Shown here piece by piece: positions 26,564 through 39,490 of a stretch of 64,000 bases of DNA. Origin of the DNA: Convolutriloba macropyga (taxonomy: Eukaryota); the NCBI RefSeq assembly GCF_964194025.1, contig NC_134473.1, positions 35,774,001-35,838,000 of the forward strand. The letters are read 5' to 3'. A model generated the notes under the pieces. The model did not search any database, was not told the DNA's origin, and saw only the letters and a list, made by a program, of their open reading frames with translations. The position numbers and the translations under genes are program-made. Position 1 is the first letter of the stretch. Each line of letters starts with the position of its first letter.

Positions 26564-27860
26564 CTTCAAATCATGAAACTATACCTCTTCAGCCGTTTCA
26601 GTGAAACTGAACAACAAAAACTCATACTAAAGTTGTAAAACCGAAACCAAAGTATAATGCTTAGACTTGGGGGGAAAAGCCGCAAATATTTCAAAAGTAG
26701 CAGCAGCATCCTCAAATTTTGCCAACTTCCAAAAGGCTGTTAAAATTTTTGTTGCTTTCAATAACTAGTAGCATGTTTGTAAGTAACTGTAAGCTGGAAT
26801 CAGCTAAAAGAGAACTAAAAAATTTGCGTGAAAGCATAAGTTCGCACAATTTTAACATAAATCTGGCTTGGGAATGCCATGCATGTTGTACATAAGTATC
26901 TTTCAAAGTTGCTTAGTATCAGCTGATAGCTGTAATTCACAAAAACGACATCCATCTCGGATAGTCAAAGCTGAAAAACTCTGAATATCAATAAAGGATA
27001 ACTTTTGATCAGGGAAAACAAGGAAACAATAACAAAGAAATGGAGAACATAAACCGACTAACAACTTTACTTCTAGGTGAGAGCAATTGATATCACTCAA
27101 AAATGAAGTAATTGTTTCAAAGCGTCGTCCGGGAGCAAATAAAAACAATTCATCTAAATAATGGCGGATGAGAAAACCGAAAAAAAAACATTAAGCATTT
27201 CAAATTGTTCAAAAGGTATTGTCTATGCGAATTCTGCTTCTTTTCACTTTCCTCTTTTGAAATTCCTGAGTCTTCCATAGTGTAAATATTGCGAAGAAAG
27301 TGATGTCAGACGTGTCAATTGATATACAATGTATAAGTCCAACGTGCAAACTCATAAAAAGTTGAACAGTAGCAAGCGACACGCAGAGGATCGCATAAAA
27401 ACTAATATATATCTGAAAACATTGGGTACGAAAAACACGCAATAAAAGGCGAATAAGGACAAAATGACGGTAGAAGGTAGAGCGATGAGAGTACAGAGAC
27501 ACAATGAAAAGAGAAAAAGACAAACAGCAAGACAGACAGACAAAGAAAAAAGTAAAGAGATTGTGGGTAAGTGTATCTGCGTGCCTATGTGTATGCAAGG
27601 GTGTGTGTTTTGTCCGTGATGCGTGTATGTGGCAGAAACGTGTTCATACATGCAAAATCCTCTGGTATTTGGCAATGATTTTTTCATTCTATACTTCCCA
27701 ATTCCCAGTCGAGGAGGGTAAAAAACTAAACATACTCGACTAACGTCGGAAGAATTGCTCCCCAACGACTACTGGGAGCTCGAATCTATTGCAAACTGCT
27801 TCAGTCGGTGGAATAACTAAATTCACTTCAGGAGGCTTCAAACAACGTGGTTTTTAAATA

Positions 27861-29346
27861 CCAATATAACCACGAATAAAAATTAAAGTAAAAAAATTAC
27901 CAAGTTTTGTCGCACTTTTCATTTGACTCTTGGTAGTAAGCTGCCGCCACCGGAGTTCAACTCTTGATTCTTGTGAATGCGAGACAAAATTTAGACCACG
28001 CAAAACAAAAAAAAATCAAGTGCCGAAAAGTCACTCGAAAAATCAAAACAGTCAAGCAAAAATTTTGCATCGAAAAGACCAACACGTTAACAATTATTGC
28101 CTCAACCTTGGTCCGCGAGCAATCAGATTTAATACACCGGAATTTTTCCTTTTTGAGAGCAAAGATATAACAGCCCCCAGCATCAACTTTATTCCTTTGG
28201 GTCTATCTGATGCGTCCCATTGCTGAGAACCAAAACTCCGATTTGTCAAAGAAAATCCAAATAAAAAAGAGCATCAAAATACCAGCAGTACCAAGAGCTC
28301 AAATACATGTTTCACCTTTCTTTTAAGAAAAACAAACGAACGAAAAACTAATCGCCAGAAAAAAATTTGAATTAGAGGAGAGGGAAAGAAAAGAGAGCGC
28401 GGAGAGAAAGACCGAAAAAAAAGAAGCTATTAATTAGTGACAAGAGTGCGGTAGAGATAGAGGTAAAGTAACAGGCAAAAGAGATTAAGGCAAGGATGTA
28501 AGAAGGCAGGGAGCAAAAAAGGGACAACACGAACGATGACTGCCGCCAACAGAAACAACTGCGGGGCAATTATATTCACAGGCTATACCCCCGATACATA
28601 TTTTCATGGATGAAAAACAACTCCGACCATGGAGGGATTCGAACCCTCCCCACCTACAGAATTTTCAACAGAAGCATCAATCACTCAGCTATCAGGCCCC
28701 TAAATTGCCTGTTTAATAATCACTTTGAATTTAGCACCAAACTTTACTTCAGGGAGAGAGAGAGATCAATTGAGATAACTGAAAAAAGAGGAGCATGGTG
28801 GAAAAAGTCACTTGGAAGTCAAATGATGTTTTAGAACAAAAGCTCAAAAACGGTCAAGCGACAATTTTGCAAAGAAACACAGCAATTCACAATAAAAGCC
28901 TCAAACTTCGTTCGAGAGCAATTAATTAGAAGGCAATGAAACGAGAAAACGGACCAATAACATGATACAATCTAAATCATACAAACTAAAAAACAAAACA
29001 TGTACGAAGACATTAAGAAAAAGAGTAACACAGAACTAAGAGAAAAGGAAACAGAAAAAGTTTAATAAATGTTAAAAAAAAACAAACAGAAATAAAGGGT
29101 AGGAAAAGTCACTTGGAAGTCAAGTAATGTTTTAGAACAAAAGCTCAACAACGGTCAAGCGACAATTTTGCATAAACACAGGAGTTGACAATAAATGCCT
29201 CGACCTTCGTTCGAGGAGCAATTATTTGGAAGAAATGAAACGAGAGAATTTTATTATATATATATATATATATATATAAAATGTACCAATATACCAAACC
29301 TTCGTTCGAGAGCAATTAATTCGAAAGAAATGAAACGAGAGAATTT

Positions 29347-29393
<47 letters not shown>

Positions 29394-30600
29394 ACCAATA
29401 TACCAATATATTCCAATATGACCACGAAAAAAAATTAAAGTAAAAAATTAACCAAGTTTTGTAGCACTTTTCATTTAACCTTTGGCAGTACGCTGCCGCC
29501 ACCGAAAATCAACTCTTGATACCTGTGAATGCGAGACAAAATTTAGACCATGCAAAACAAAAAAAAATCAACTGCGGAAAAGTCACGCCAAAAATCATAA
29601 CAGTCAAGCAAAAATTTTGCATTGAAAAGACCAAAACGTTAACAATTATTGTCTCAACCTTGGTCCGCGAGCAATTAGACATATTACACCGATTTTGTTC
29701 TTTAGAGACCAAAGATATAACAGCATCCAGCATCAATTTTTGCTCCTTTGGGTCTATCTGATGCGTCCCATTGCTGAGAATCAAAAATCCAATTTGTCAA
29801 AGAAAATCCAAATAAAAAAGAGCATCAAAATACCAGCAGTACCAAGAACTCAATAAAACATGATTTACCTTTCTTTTAAGAAAAACCAACGAATGAAAAA
29901 CAAATAGCCAGAAAATTTGAATTAGAGGAGAGGGGAAGAAAAGAGAGCGCGGAGAGAAAGACCGAAAAAAAGAAGCTATTAATTAGTGACAAGAGTGCGG
30001 TAGAGATAGAGGTAAAGTAACAGGCAAAAGAGATTAAGGCAAGGATGTAAGAAGGCAGGGAGCAAAAAAAGGACAACACGAACGGCGACTGCCGCCAACA
30101 GAAACAACTGCGGGGCAATTATATTCACAGGCTATAGCCCCGATACATATTTTCATGGATGAAAAACAACTCCGACCATGGAGGGATTCGAACCCTCCCC
30201 ACCTACAGAATTTTCAACAGAAGCATCAATCACTCATCTATCAGGCCCCTCAATTGCCTGTCTAATAATCACTTTGAATTTAGCACCAAACTTTACTTCG
30301 GGGAGAGAGAGAGCAATTGAGATAACTGAAAAATGAAGAGCATGGTGGAAAAAGTCACTTGGAAGTCAAATGATGTTTTAGAACAAAAGCTCAAAAACGG
30401 TCAAGCGACTATTTTGCAAAGAAACACATCAATTCACAATAAAAGCCTCAAACTTCGTTCGAGAGCAATTAATTAGAAGGCAATGAAACGAGAAAACGGA
30501 CCGATAACATGATACAATCTAAATGATAAAAACTAAAAAACAAAACATGTACGAAGACATTAAGAAAAAGAGTAACACAGAACTGAGAGGAAACAGAAAA
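27861..30600. repeat. Direct duplication of ~1.2 kb (27861-29059 / 29413-30600) of composite repeat DNA, separated by (TA)n tracts
   Basis: Long near-identical blocks, e.g. 28372-28800 vs 29920-30350. (TA)n at ~29255 and ~29352. Confidence 0.9.
28621..28700 (-). repeat. tRNA-derived Pol III promoter-like segment (copy at 30171-30249)
   Basis: Minus strand GGGGCCTGATAGCTGAGTGA (A-box-like)...GGAGGGTTCGAATCCCTCC (T-arm/B box). Not a complete tRNA. Confidence 0.6.
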
Positions 30601-31808
30601 ATAATAAATGGTATGAAGAAACCAGATACAAAAAACAAACAAACAAAACACGCCCGACTAACATTGGGCTAATTGATCTCAGACAACTGGAGAGCGGTTT
30701 GCTCAGTAGTAGCCAGCTGATGCCAAACACCATAAAAATGTCTCCTCAAAACAATTTCGGCGAATTGCATACGGGACTAATATAATTGTTACAAACTTCG
30801 TTTGAGAGCAATTAGAAAGAAATGATGTGATATAGAGAAAAGAAAACAGAAATAGAAACAAAAATGTGGAGAAGTACAGCACAGAAGAAGAATGAAGCAA
30901 ATAAAAGAGAAACAAATAACAAGAAAGAGAGCAGAATATCTAAAAACCATCAAAATTTTGAAGAGGTTGTGCAAACGTAGTAACTAAAAAGTAGAAAGCT
31001 GGAAAATAAGAAATCGAGATACCTCAAAAACGCGACCAGAGAAAACGAAACTTTTTCGAAGGTCAGGTAGAGACAAGTGTCTACTCTAGTTATCGCTTCG
31101 TTGCGCATAACCGACTAACATCGGACGAATTACCATCAAACTACAGACGGTCTGGGTTTTGTATGAGACTTTTCAATCTCTTAAAAAGCTGCCCGTTGAC
31201 CTAATGCCCTCGGTCTTTGGCAGCTTCTTTGCGACGAAAAACGATCGAGCGAAAAATCACTTTGAAAAAAGCGAACATGGCCCAAATAATTGCCTCAAAA
31301 TTTGTTTGAGAACAATGAAGAGGTAAAAATAAACGTCATGCTACTAAGAGTTAAAACAAAACATGAAAAATTATAGCTTCTCAACTCCTTTCCCGTCACG
31401 AATGACTACAAATGAAGACCACTATAGATACTACCACGATAACAACATTCAAATAAAAATATATTTTCCAATTATAGAAAATCAACATTAATCTAACTTA
31501 TTTAGATTTAATAAAATAGACTAGAGATAACTTTGCCAAAGTAACATATAAGCACATCGTTTTCATTATTGTATACTAATCTGTCAGACTTAATTTGGAT
31601 TTGTTATCCGTGTTACAATATATTATGTTGAAATCTACGAGAACTATTCTTAGTTTTGAGAGGTGCCGTCAGTAAACATCCCGGCATCAAAATCGTATCG
31701 AATAGAAGTAAATAAGGAGTGCTAAGTCATTTGACCGCGAAAAAATGTATAACTCCAGAACAAGATACTGATGACAATTCCTAGCAATTTAGTTCGTCTC
31801 AGATTTCC

Positions 31809-32021
31809 TTATTCACAGTCGGCTAATTTGACCGCCCCGTTTTGATGCACTGTAGTTGCCACGGAGCCATTGATACTCATATCGACATGGTGATTCTCAC
31901 TACCCTTGATTGGTATGCCTCTCTTTGGGATGTAGGGACCTTTGCGGTCAACCATGTTAATGCAGTCGATAATGGGACACACACTCACGCACAGAGTGCA
32001 GCCCGTACAGTCATCAGTCAC
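31809..32021 (-). CDS. DPYD: Dihydropyrimidine dehydrogenase, last exon (4Fe-4S motif)
   Basis: gctttag|[24 protein letters not shown]...PKRG; stop TAA. Confidence 0.95.
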   Translation of the reverse strand: MTDDCTGCTLCVSVCPIIDCINMVDRKGPYIPKRGIPIKGSENHHVDMSINGSVATTVHQNGAVKLADCE

Positions 32022-34545
32022 CTAAAGCAACACATAACCGGCATACCGTCGAAAATAGCAACGAAATAGACTGGCTCGCTATGTAAAGTATAACCAATTA
32101 ATGACGAAACAGCTTCGTAGATCCGCAGTCTTAAAAAGATGGTAAAAGAAACAGACCAAAAAAACTTTTTTTGAAAAGCTGAGCTGTTGTTTTTTAAGCA
32201 TGTTCAACTTATTGCTGATTCTACAAGCTGTCTTTAAATACCCTTCAGTTAGAGTGACACAAACTCGTTTGACCTTATCACTTCGAATTATAGTAAAAAA
32301 ACTCAATTTCAGAGTGAGGAAGTCATTTTTGAGAGTCAGTTAAGTACGCGTGACCAAAAATTCAAATAAAAAACAAAGCAGGAAAAGTCCTGACCTACAA
32401 TTCAAAGAAGTTTCATTGAATAAACAAAAAAACTAGACCTGGAATGGACCATAAATGGATTGTAAAAACCAATTAGAAAAAAATCAGATCAAAAAAGGAA
32501 AAAAAAAATATAAAAATTATGTCAAAATGCTGCATATGAACAAAAAACCCACTAGCGAGAAAGATAAATTTATTCAAACACCATTTTCTCACTCTACTAA
32601 AAAATTTTAGTTAAAAAGTTTTACGACGCAAACCACTCGCCTTTTCGCTCCACTTCCTGTTTTCGGCGTGACCAAAATCACTACTCTAACTTCAAAAATC
32701 AAGGAAAATGTGTGAACAGATAAAAAAACATATTCCTGGCAATTTTTTTTCGAGTTGCGATGCCATCAACAATTTTCGATAACAGATTATTGTATGTACT
32801 CCATCTATGCTCAATAAAACCCGCCATTGATTACCATAAAACCTATTCGCATTAAAATTAAATGGAGGAAATTAAATTATATTTTAAAATGTGAATTATG
32901 TTGATGTCAATCCGTCGATAGACATGCTCCTTTTACCTGATGAGGGGATTCGCAGGCTAGTATCAAAACTAATAAGCATTAGAGATATTCAATAATAATT
33001 TTAATAAAGTTCACGAACATCTATTATTGGGTTTTATGCGTTTATCCCTTCTATCTTTAATTTGGTCTTTCGACACTAACTCTGTTGATTCTCGATTGTT
33101 TTCCTGAGAAACTGATGCATAAAAATTTCGAAGGGAAAGAGAGGAATGAGAATAGCCCAGAGAATTCGAAAAGATGTCACGCAAAATGTTGAACAAGCTG
33201 TGAACTAAGGTAAAGCGAAACAAATTTTTATCGGACGATTTAAAAAAGGGCCGCTATTTTATTTGGCTGAGAAGACGGGGTCAGACATTTAAAAAAAACA
33301 TAACAAATGGTACATCTCGATAAACGAGAAAACCCAAGCAAATTAAAAAAGTACAAAATATTTTTAAAAAAATTTAATATTCCTTAAAACTTGTAGAGCC
33401 TCAACGAATGTTTTCAACACACTTAAAAAAGCAGTTTCTACTTATTCATTGGGCAGCCACACCAAATGCACATTAAAAAACTTGGGACAAGAAAAAAGTA
33501 AAAACTGCAACAAACTGCAGATTTGAGTAACTTATTTCAAATGTGCTATAAAACCTTTAACTGTTTTCACTCATTAACACACCCTAAAACCAACCCAATT
33601 AAAGAATTGAAATTGAAAAAAAAACTCTCAGGGGGCAGAAATAACAGTAATTATTAAAAAAACTTGAAAACAGAAAAATGGAAAAAAAATTAATTTAGAC
33701 TGTTTTCTTCCATTGAAACAATCTTCAAGTGAAAATAACAGAAATAAAAGGTTATGAAAACGAACATGAATACACATTTCACCCAAAAACCCCTGGACAT
33801 TAAAAACTTGAAAAACAGTACAAAAACCGCAGCCAAACATGCGAAATCTCAAAATAACTCAAGATTTCATACAAAACTCTAATTTAATATTCGGATGGTC
33901 AAAAAAAAACTTCCAAACAAACACTTTTTAGTAAAAAGGTCTAGAAAAACTACTTTACCCGAAAAAGTAAATTAAAAACTAAAAAAAAAACTGCTTCGAA
34001 AAGGCCGCACTTAATCAAAAAATTTCGCTTCTTTTCAAAAAGTTTTTCACGCCTACTTTTCTCGCTCTCTCTCTCAAAAATGCAGCATGAACTGAAAATA
34101 CCTTCTCTCCTTTCTGCTCTTCAATTCATTTAGAAGTTTGACCTAAACACTTAGATTTCACGTCCAGCATTGACTTCTACATCCTGTTTTAAATACACTC
34201 CAAAAAGTTATCGATAAAAAACGCTCCACCAATACTCCTCTTCGAGTAAAAGACAGCGCCACAATACAATTCAAATTCTTTGAATTGTAAAAAACCAAGA
34301 GAAGGCCAATAATATCCTCAGCTATCGCTTTGCGGCTATTAAAAAAGAAACGCACTCTCGTTGCCCTTTTCATCTGTTTAAAAATCTGCATAAGAGAAGC
34401 ATCAAAACTTCAAGCGTAGTAGAAATAAACTCGAGAAATTAAAACGTTCCAGTACAATTTTTTGCATGAAAAACACACGACTACAAAAATTGCTACAAAC
34501 TTTTTACAAGATCAATTGAACAGAATAATGGATGAAGGTGGTGAC

Positions 34546-34684
34546 CTTAGGCAAGTGAGTGAGGGGGTCAAATGTGATGGCCTGGTATCCAGAATCATTG
34601 CATGTCATGTAACATTTGCCACAGTTGATACACATGTCCTCGTCTATTAGTGCTACTACTTGCTCCTCTTGACTCAACTCGTAC
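34546..34684 (-). CDS. DPYD: DPYD exon (first C-terminal 4Fe-4S motif)
   Basis: tttgtag|G TAC...: (W)[46 protein letters not shown]|gtcacc. Confidence 0.95.
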
Positions 34685-35085
34685 CTACAAACACAAAACT
34701 AGCATACTCGCATATCACTAACTCATCACATTTCCAAAAGAACTAGAACTACTGGGTTCAAAACGATGCGTCTCTAGCTAATTTTAGGCAGGAGAAGCAG
34801 GTCTTGACGAGTAAAAGTTGATGTAATTTTGATTGCTGTGACCTTGGGTAATGAAGGAAGAAACTTTAAGCTAGTGATTATACGTATATTCATAAGAAAT
34901 GGAAGGAAAGGATGGAAATATGCATACAAAATCATTTCTGAAAGCAGGAATTTTTCCACGTATACTATTGATTTGACTGTTTACTTTTCCCAGTGAGTGT
35001 AACAAAAAAAAAACAGACGTAACTAGTTTATGCTATCACATTTCATCCTATAACAGCAACCTATCAAAATTAAAATGCTACAAAC

Positions 35086-35266
35086 CAATTTCCAATTCTA
35101 TCCAAAGCCTTGCCAATCAAGTCGTTCACTTTGGGCACCTCAGTAACTTTAAGTGGAGCTTCAAGACGGTTGCTCAAACTTCCTTCGTTCTCCTTGAGCT
35201 GTTGATTCCTCAATTGTGCTTCCTTCAATTTCTTATCAATCAAGTATGTGCCAAAAGAAGGAAGCC
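35086..35266 (-). CDS. DPYD: DPYD exon
   Basis: tttaag|GG CTT CCT TCT TTT GGC: GLPSFGTYL...VPKVNDLIGKALDRIGNW; phases 1->2 fit both neighbours. Confidence 0.92.
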
Positions 35267-36567
35267 CTTAAACAAGAACAGTTTTGAACAAAGTTCTTGA
35301 AAACATTTTAACAAATCAATGCTTGGAAATATATAGCTTAGAAATGCGTTGTCAATTTTGATTGCCTCACAACAAAGTTAGCATTTTTTCATGTCGGCAC
35401 CCATCTTTAACCTCAAAACAAAGGCCGCAGAGCCGTTATTGTAGACATGCAATAATGAACTAGACGACATCAAAAGATAATCATATCATACCCGACAGAT
35501 TTCCCAAATAGCTGTTGAAAAGAACTGATTGATGCAGAACATAGATTGAAACAAAAAATAGCCGCCGTTGACTATATGCTTAAATCATATAAACCATTAA
35601 AAGACCATTTGTTGAACTCAGAAAAGAACTATGGATAATTATGACACATGTATGGCCTTTTGAAACCATACAGTAAACAAAATTGAGGTAAAATTGTCGC
35701 ATGTGAACAAATTTTTGTTCGAGTCTCTATCTATTTTAAAATTAGAGTGAAAATATTTCACACCGCAATACCACTAGTCATTTTCATTATAAAACAAAAA
35801 GAAATTTAATATGGGAAAAGATTCTGACAAAATCTAGTAAAGCATCTGACAAAAGCATCTAAGTGAGAGGTGACGAAGGCCAAAATCGAAATAATTGCAG
35901 CAAATAAATCTAATGAAATTTTCCCAAAAAGGCTTTAAAATAATCATCTATTAAACCAGTCACCCACCCAATACTCGGCAGACTAGAGAAAAACTGAACA
36001 ACAATAAAAAAAATCGAAGAAGTTTGAAAACTAGAAATGTGCATCATTTCAGTAAAAAGTAACCTGTCTAACTTTCAAGTTTCATTTCATAAAAGCAGCA
36101 CCCTAAACATTGCTGATATTTTCTTCAGATGGTCACAAGTGCTTCCAGGCGCATGTTTACTTGTTTAGATAATTGGAAAACACCTTTGACTAAAAGGGAT
36201 AGTGAAAACAAAAAACTTCTTTGGAAAAGCCACAAGATATCAGAACTTCCACTAGCATAGCGAACAATTCTTTACACCTACTTTTCCCGCTCTCTCCCAC
36301 AGAAAAGTAGCATGAACAAAATTACTCTTTGTTCGTCAGGTGTCTTCAGGACATTGACCTAAACAGGGCTTTCACGCATTTTACTTCTATTCAGATATAC
36401 TCAATTCAAAGTTACCGATAAAAAATGCTCCACCAAAAATCCTCGAGTCGTAATAAGAAAACATAGCCGAAAGAAATCTTAAATACTTAAACCACTTATG
36501 AAAAAATTAAAAAGGCAATTAAAAGTCAATTAATGAAATATTAAGCCGCAAAAGCCAACTACACTAA

Positions 36568-37098
36568 AACATACCCGGCAGATTGCCGAAAATTACCCGC
36601 CGTTGATTCCAATAAGCATGATTGGGATTGAACGAATAGAAGATGTTGAAAAAAAAACACTTTTGTACAAAAGAATTTTTTAAGTCCGATTTATTTTGAT
36701 GGCATTTCGTAGTTGAACATACTTCTGTTTCTTAGAGTGAGGCTAAAGGGGCTACTATCAATACCCATAAGCATAAGAGATGGTAACTAAGACTTACAGG
36801 AACGACGTTCAAATAGAGGGCATCTAAAATTGGGCTTTATGGGTTTATCACGTTTCTAATTCTGACTTCAATTTTTTATACTGACTCTGTTCATTTTGAA
36901 TTGCTTTGCTGAGCAACTGATGGTCAAATTCACTTTTAGCAGAATGAGAGAAGAGAGAAACTAGCCTAGAGAAGTCAAAAAGATTTCACGCAAAATGTCG
37001 AAAAAGCGGCAAAATGGTCAAGCGAAAAAAAGTTCGACGAAGTTAAAAAAAATAGGAGCGCTATAATAGCCGGCTGAGAAGATGAGCGCGGCTATTAA
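36568..37098 (-). mobile_element. Helentron-like non-autonomous element, family 2
   Basis: Left end AACATACC-CGGCA-GAT-TGCCG (stem-loop) then subTIR. Right end AATAGCC...GCGGCTATT (subTIR plus IR). Confidence 0.6.
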
Positions 37099-38223
37099 AA
37101 AACAAAATTCAAATACTTCTCATCAAAAGGAAGAGCACATAAAACAAAGACAATTCTATTCAAAATGAAATCATTTGATAGTAAAGTAACAATAGAAAAA
37201 CCAAAACCGACTCACGAACAAGTCGAATTCTGAAGAACAATACAAAACTTCGGAATGGAAAAAAATCAAATTCTTTCTTCAAATTTATCAGCAAAAGTAA
37301 ATGTTTTACACATTTGAAACTGCTATTACTCGGCACGTCAAAATTAAGGGGAGCATTAGGCGTCTATTCAATCCCCAATAAATGCGATGAAACCTGACAA
37401 AGCTATCGAAACAAAATTAAAATTGTTATAGCCTATTCAAACTTACTAGTCGTAAAAAATAGAAAAACTTGAAAAATCCACAGATTAAAAAAAGCAAATA
37501 AGAAATTTTTGCTTACAAAATTTTTTCATACCCAAATTCTGGCTCACTCAAAAACAGCGGTGTAAACAAAAAACCACGCGCTTTTTGCTCAATTTTGTTT
37601 AACTTTTTTTTACTTTCATTTCCTGCTTCAAAATTCACTATACAAAATTGATTAAAAACCGTAGCCAGAATAATTCAGGAAACGGCTCGAAGAAAACAGC
37701 CCGTACAGAAAATAGCACCTACGCGGAACATAAAATATTTGAAGTGATGACTAAATCAGCTCTTTAAAACAACTTACCGATGAAACTAGAACTAATGATT
37801 TTTTATCTACTGCAGGGGCACAAAGCCAAAGTAAAGATCCTTTTAGCAATTAAGAGTATTAAAAAGGTGACAAACAATAGGCAAGTATTAAAAGGCTAAG
37901 AAATTGGTCTAATATTTAAAACATAACCGACTAACGTCGAGCGAATTGCTCTCAAGCGAACGGCGAGCGATTGGCTTCGTCAGTAGCTACTCACGTGGGG
38001 GGGGGCACCGGGGGCTGTTGGGGGCATCAGTGAGGTGGAGGGCTGGGCAACAGCGGGGGGGGGGGAAGGGAGGGTGGGGGCAACAGAGTGGGAGGGTGGG
38101 GGCAACAGAGTGGGGGGGGGGTCTTCAACTTCTAAGATTTTATCTATGATCCCCATTATAAAGCCATTAAGACGTGTCATTAATGGTGTGAGTTATTGGC
38201 AACAAGAAGACCAACAGAATATT

Positions 38224-38619
38224 AACATAACCGACTAACGTCGGAGCAAATAGCTCTCAAACGACCGGCAAGCGGTTGGTTTCTTCAGTAGCTCGCTACA
38301 GTTTAGTGAGGTTAGCTGAATTGAAGTGGTGTGAGGTGAGCCCAGCGGGGGGGGGTGTTGGTGTGACGGGTCAATCCCTCAGAACCACCCTTCACACCAT
38401 AAATATAAGTCTCCGAAACATTTTCTGTGAATCGCATACTTTGAAACTAGTGAGCTCAAAGGCTCTAAGAAAACGTAATGCCCCCTGAGCGCTACCTGTT
38501 GATCCTGTTTTTGTGGACGAAACGTCAAATGGGTCAGAAGAAATATCGATCAAGCGAAAAATTGCATAAAAAACCGACAGGACCAATAAAACTGCTACAA
38601 ACTTTGTTAAAGAGCAATT
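38224..38619 (-). mobile_element. Helentron-like non-autonomous element, family 1
   Basis: Left end AACATAA-CCGAC-TAAC-GTCGG hairpin plus subTIR-like AATAGCTCTCAAACGA. Right end ...TTGTTAAAGAGCAATT (family consensus TCGTTYGAGAGCAATT). G-rich slot inside. Confidence 0.65.
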
Positions 38620-38977
38620 TAGCAAAAAAATTAGAGCCGTTAAAAACTTTCCTGAGTTTTTTGTCATATATCTCAAAAATAAGTTTATTTAAAGTTATTT
38701 CAACAAAACTGTATCCACTTGTTATCCTAAAACTCCTTAAGTCTTTCCACATCTTGCTTAGCAATAAGAAAAAACGCTAAAATTGACCTAAAAATTAGCA
38801 AAATAATTAAAAATCCGACAAACTAGAAAAAAACTTAATTATTGCCAGGCCAGAGACCTTCAAACCAGCATCAAAAACTTAAAATTTATAAAATATAATC
38901 ACACTTCTCAATAACAAAGCCAGAAAAATTCTGGAAAATTTGCTGTTGACTAGCTTGACTCAAACCGTGATTGAATC

Positions 38978-39490
38978 AACATTGCCGGCAGATTGCCGCA
39001 ATAGCTGCGAAAGAATAGACCTGCGTGCCGTATAATAGATATAGAAACGAGACAGACCTAAATTGAAAAAAAAAATTGACGCCGCTCAAAAAACCGGTAA
39101 AAAACATTCAGCGATAAATAAATAAAGTTTGTTAAAATTCATCCCACAGAAGCCTCTTATTAGGGACCTTAACGGCACATGAGTTCCTTTGACTTTAAAA
39201 AATACAAATTAAACTTAAGTTTTTAAGTGAAAAGGTCATTTTATTGAGTGGGGCAAGTCACTTGTGATCAAAATCTAATCACGCGAAAAACTTTTGCTAA
39301 AGAGAGTGAGAAATGACGTCACGCGCGCAAATGCCGTTAGTGAGAGGAAGAAGTCATTCAGAAAATTTGACCTTTTCAGCTTTGCTGAGTGAACAAATGT
39401 AAAACGAAAAAAGAGCGTCAGACGACGAAACAAAAAAACCAAGAGCAGCGCAATATAGCTCCGCTCAGCTTACAGCTTCGCAGCTATAAA
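38978..39490 (-). mobile_element. Helentron-like non-autonomous element, family 2
   Basis: CGGCA-GAT-TGCCG hairpin. Perfect 11-bp subTIR ATAGCTGCGAA (39001) / TTCGCAGCTAT (39477-39487). Confidence 0.7.

Noticed and set aside
28621-28700. Functional tRNA genes (also 13903, 30171, 48770, 52312)
   Set aside because: Only A/B-box and T-arm similarity; no consistent acceptor or anticodon stems; embedded in repeats.
27209-30974. Many 60-137-aa hydrophobic or Lys-rich ORFs
   Set aside because: By-products of strong A/T strand skew in repeat DNA; no motifs or splice support. Plus-strand ORFs over ASCC2, DZIP1 and pol are antisense shadows.
17406-31809. Operon or trans-spliced cluster DPYD-ASCC2-DZIP1
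   Set aside because: Same strand, but gaps of 3-6 kb filled with repeats; the acceptor before the ASCC2 ATG has a plausible cis donor at ~26271.
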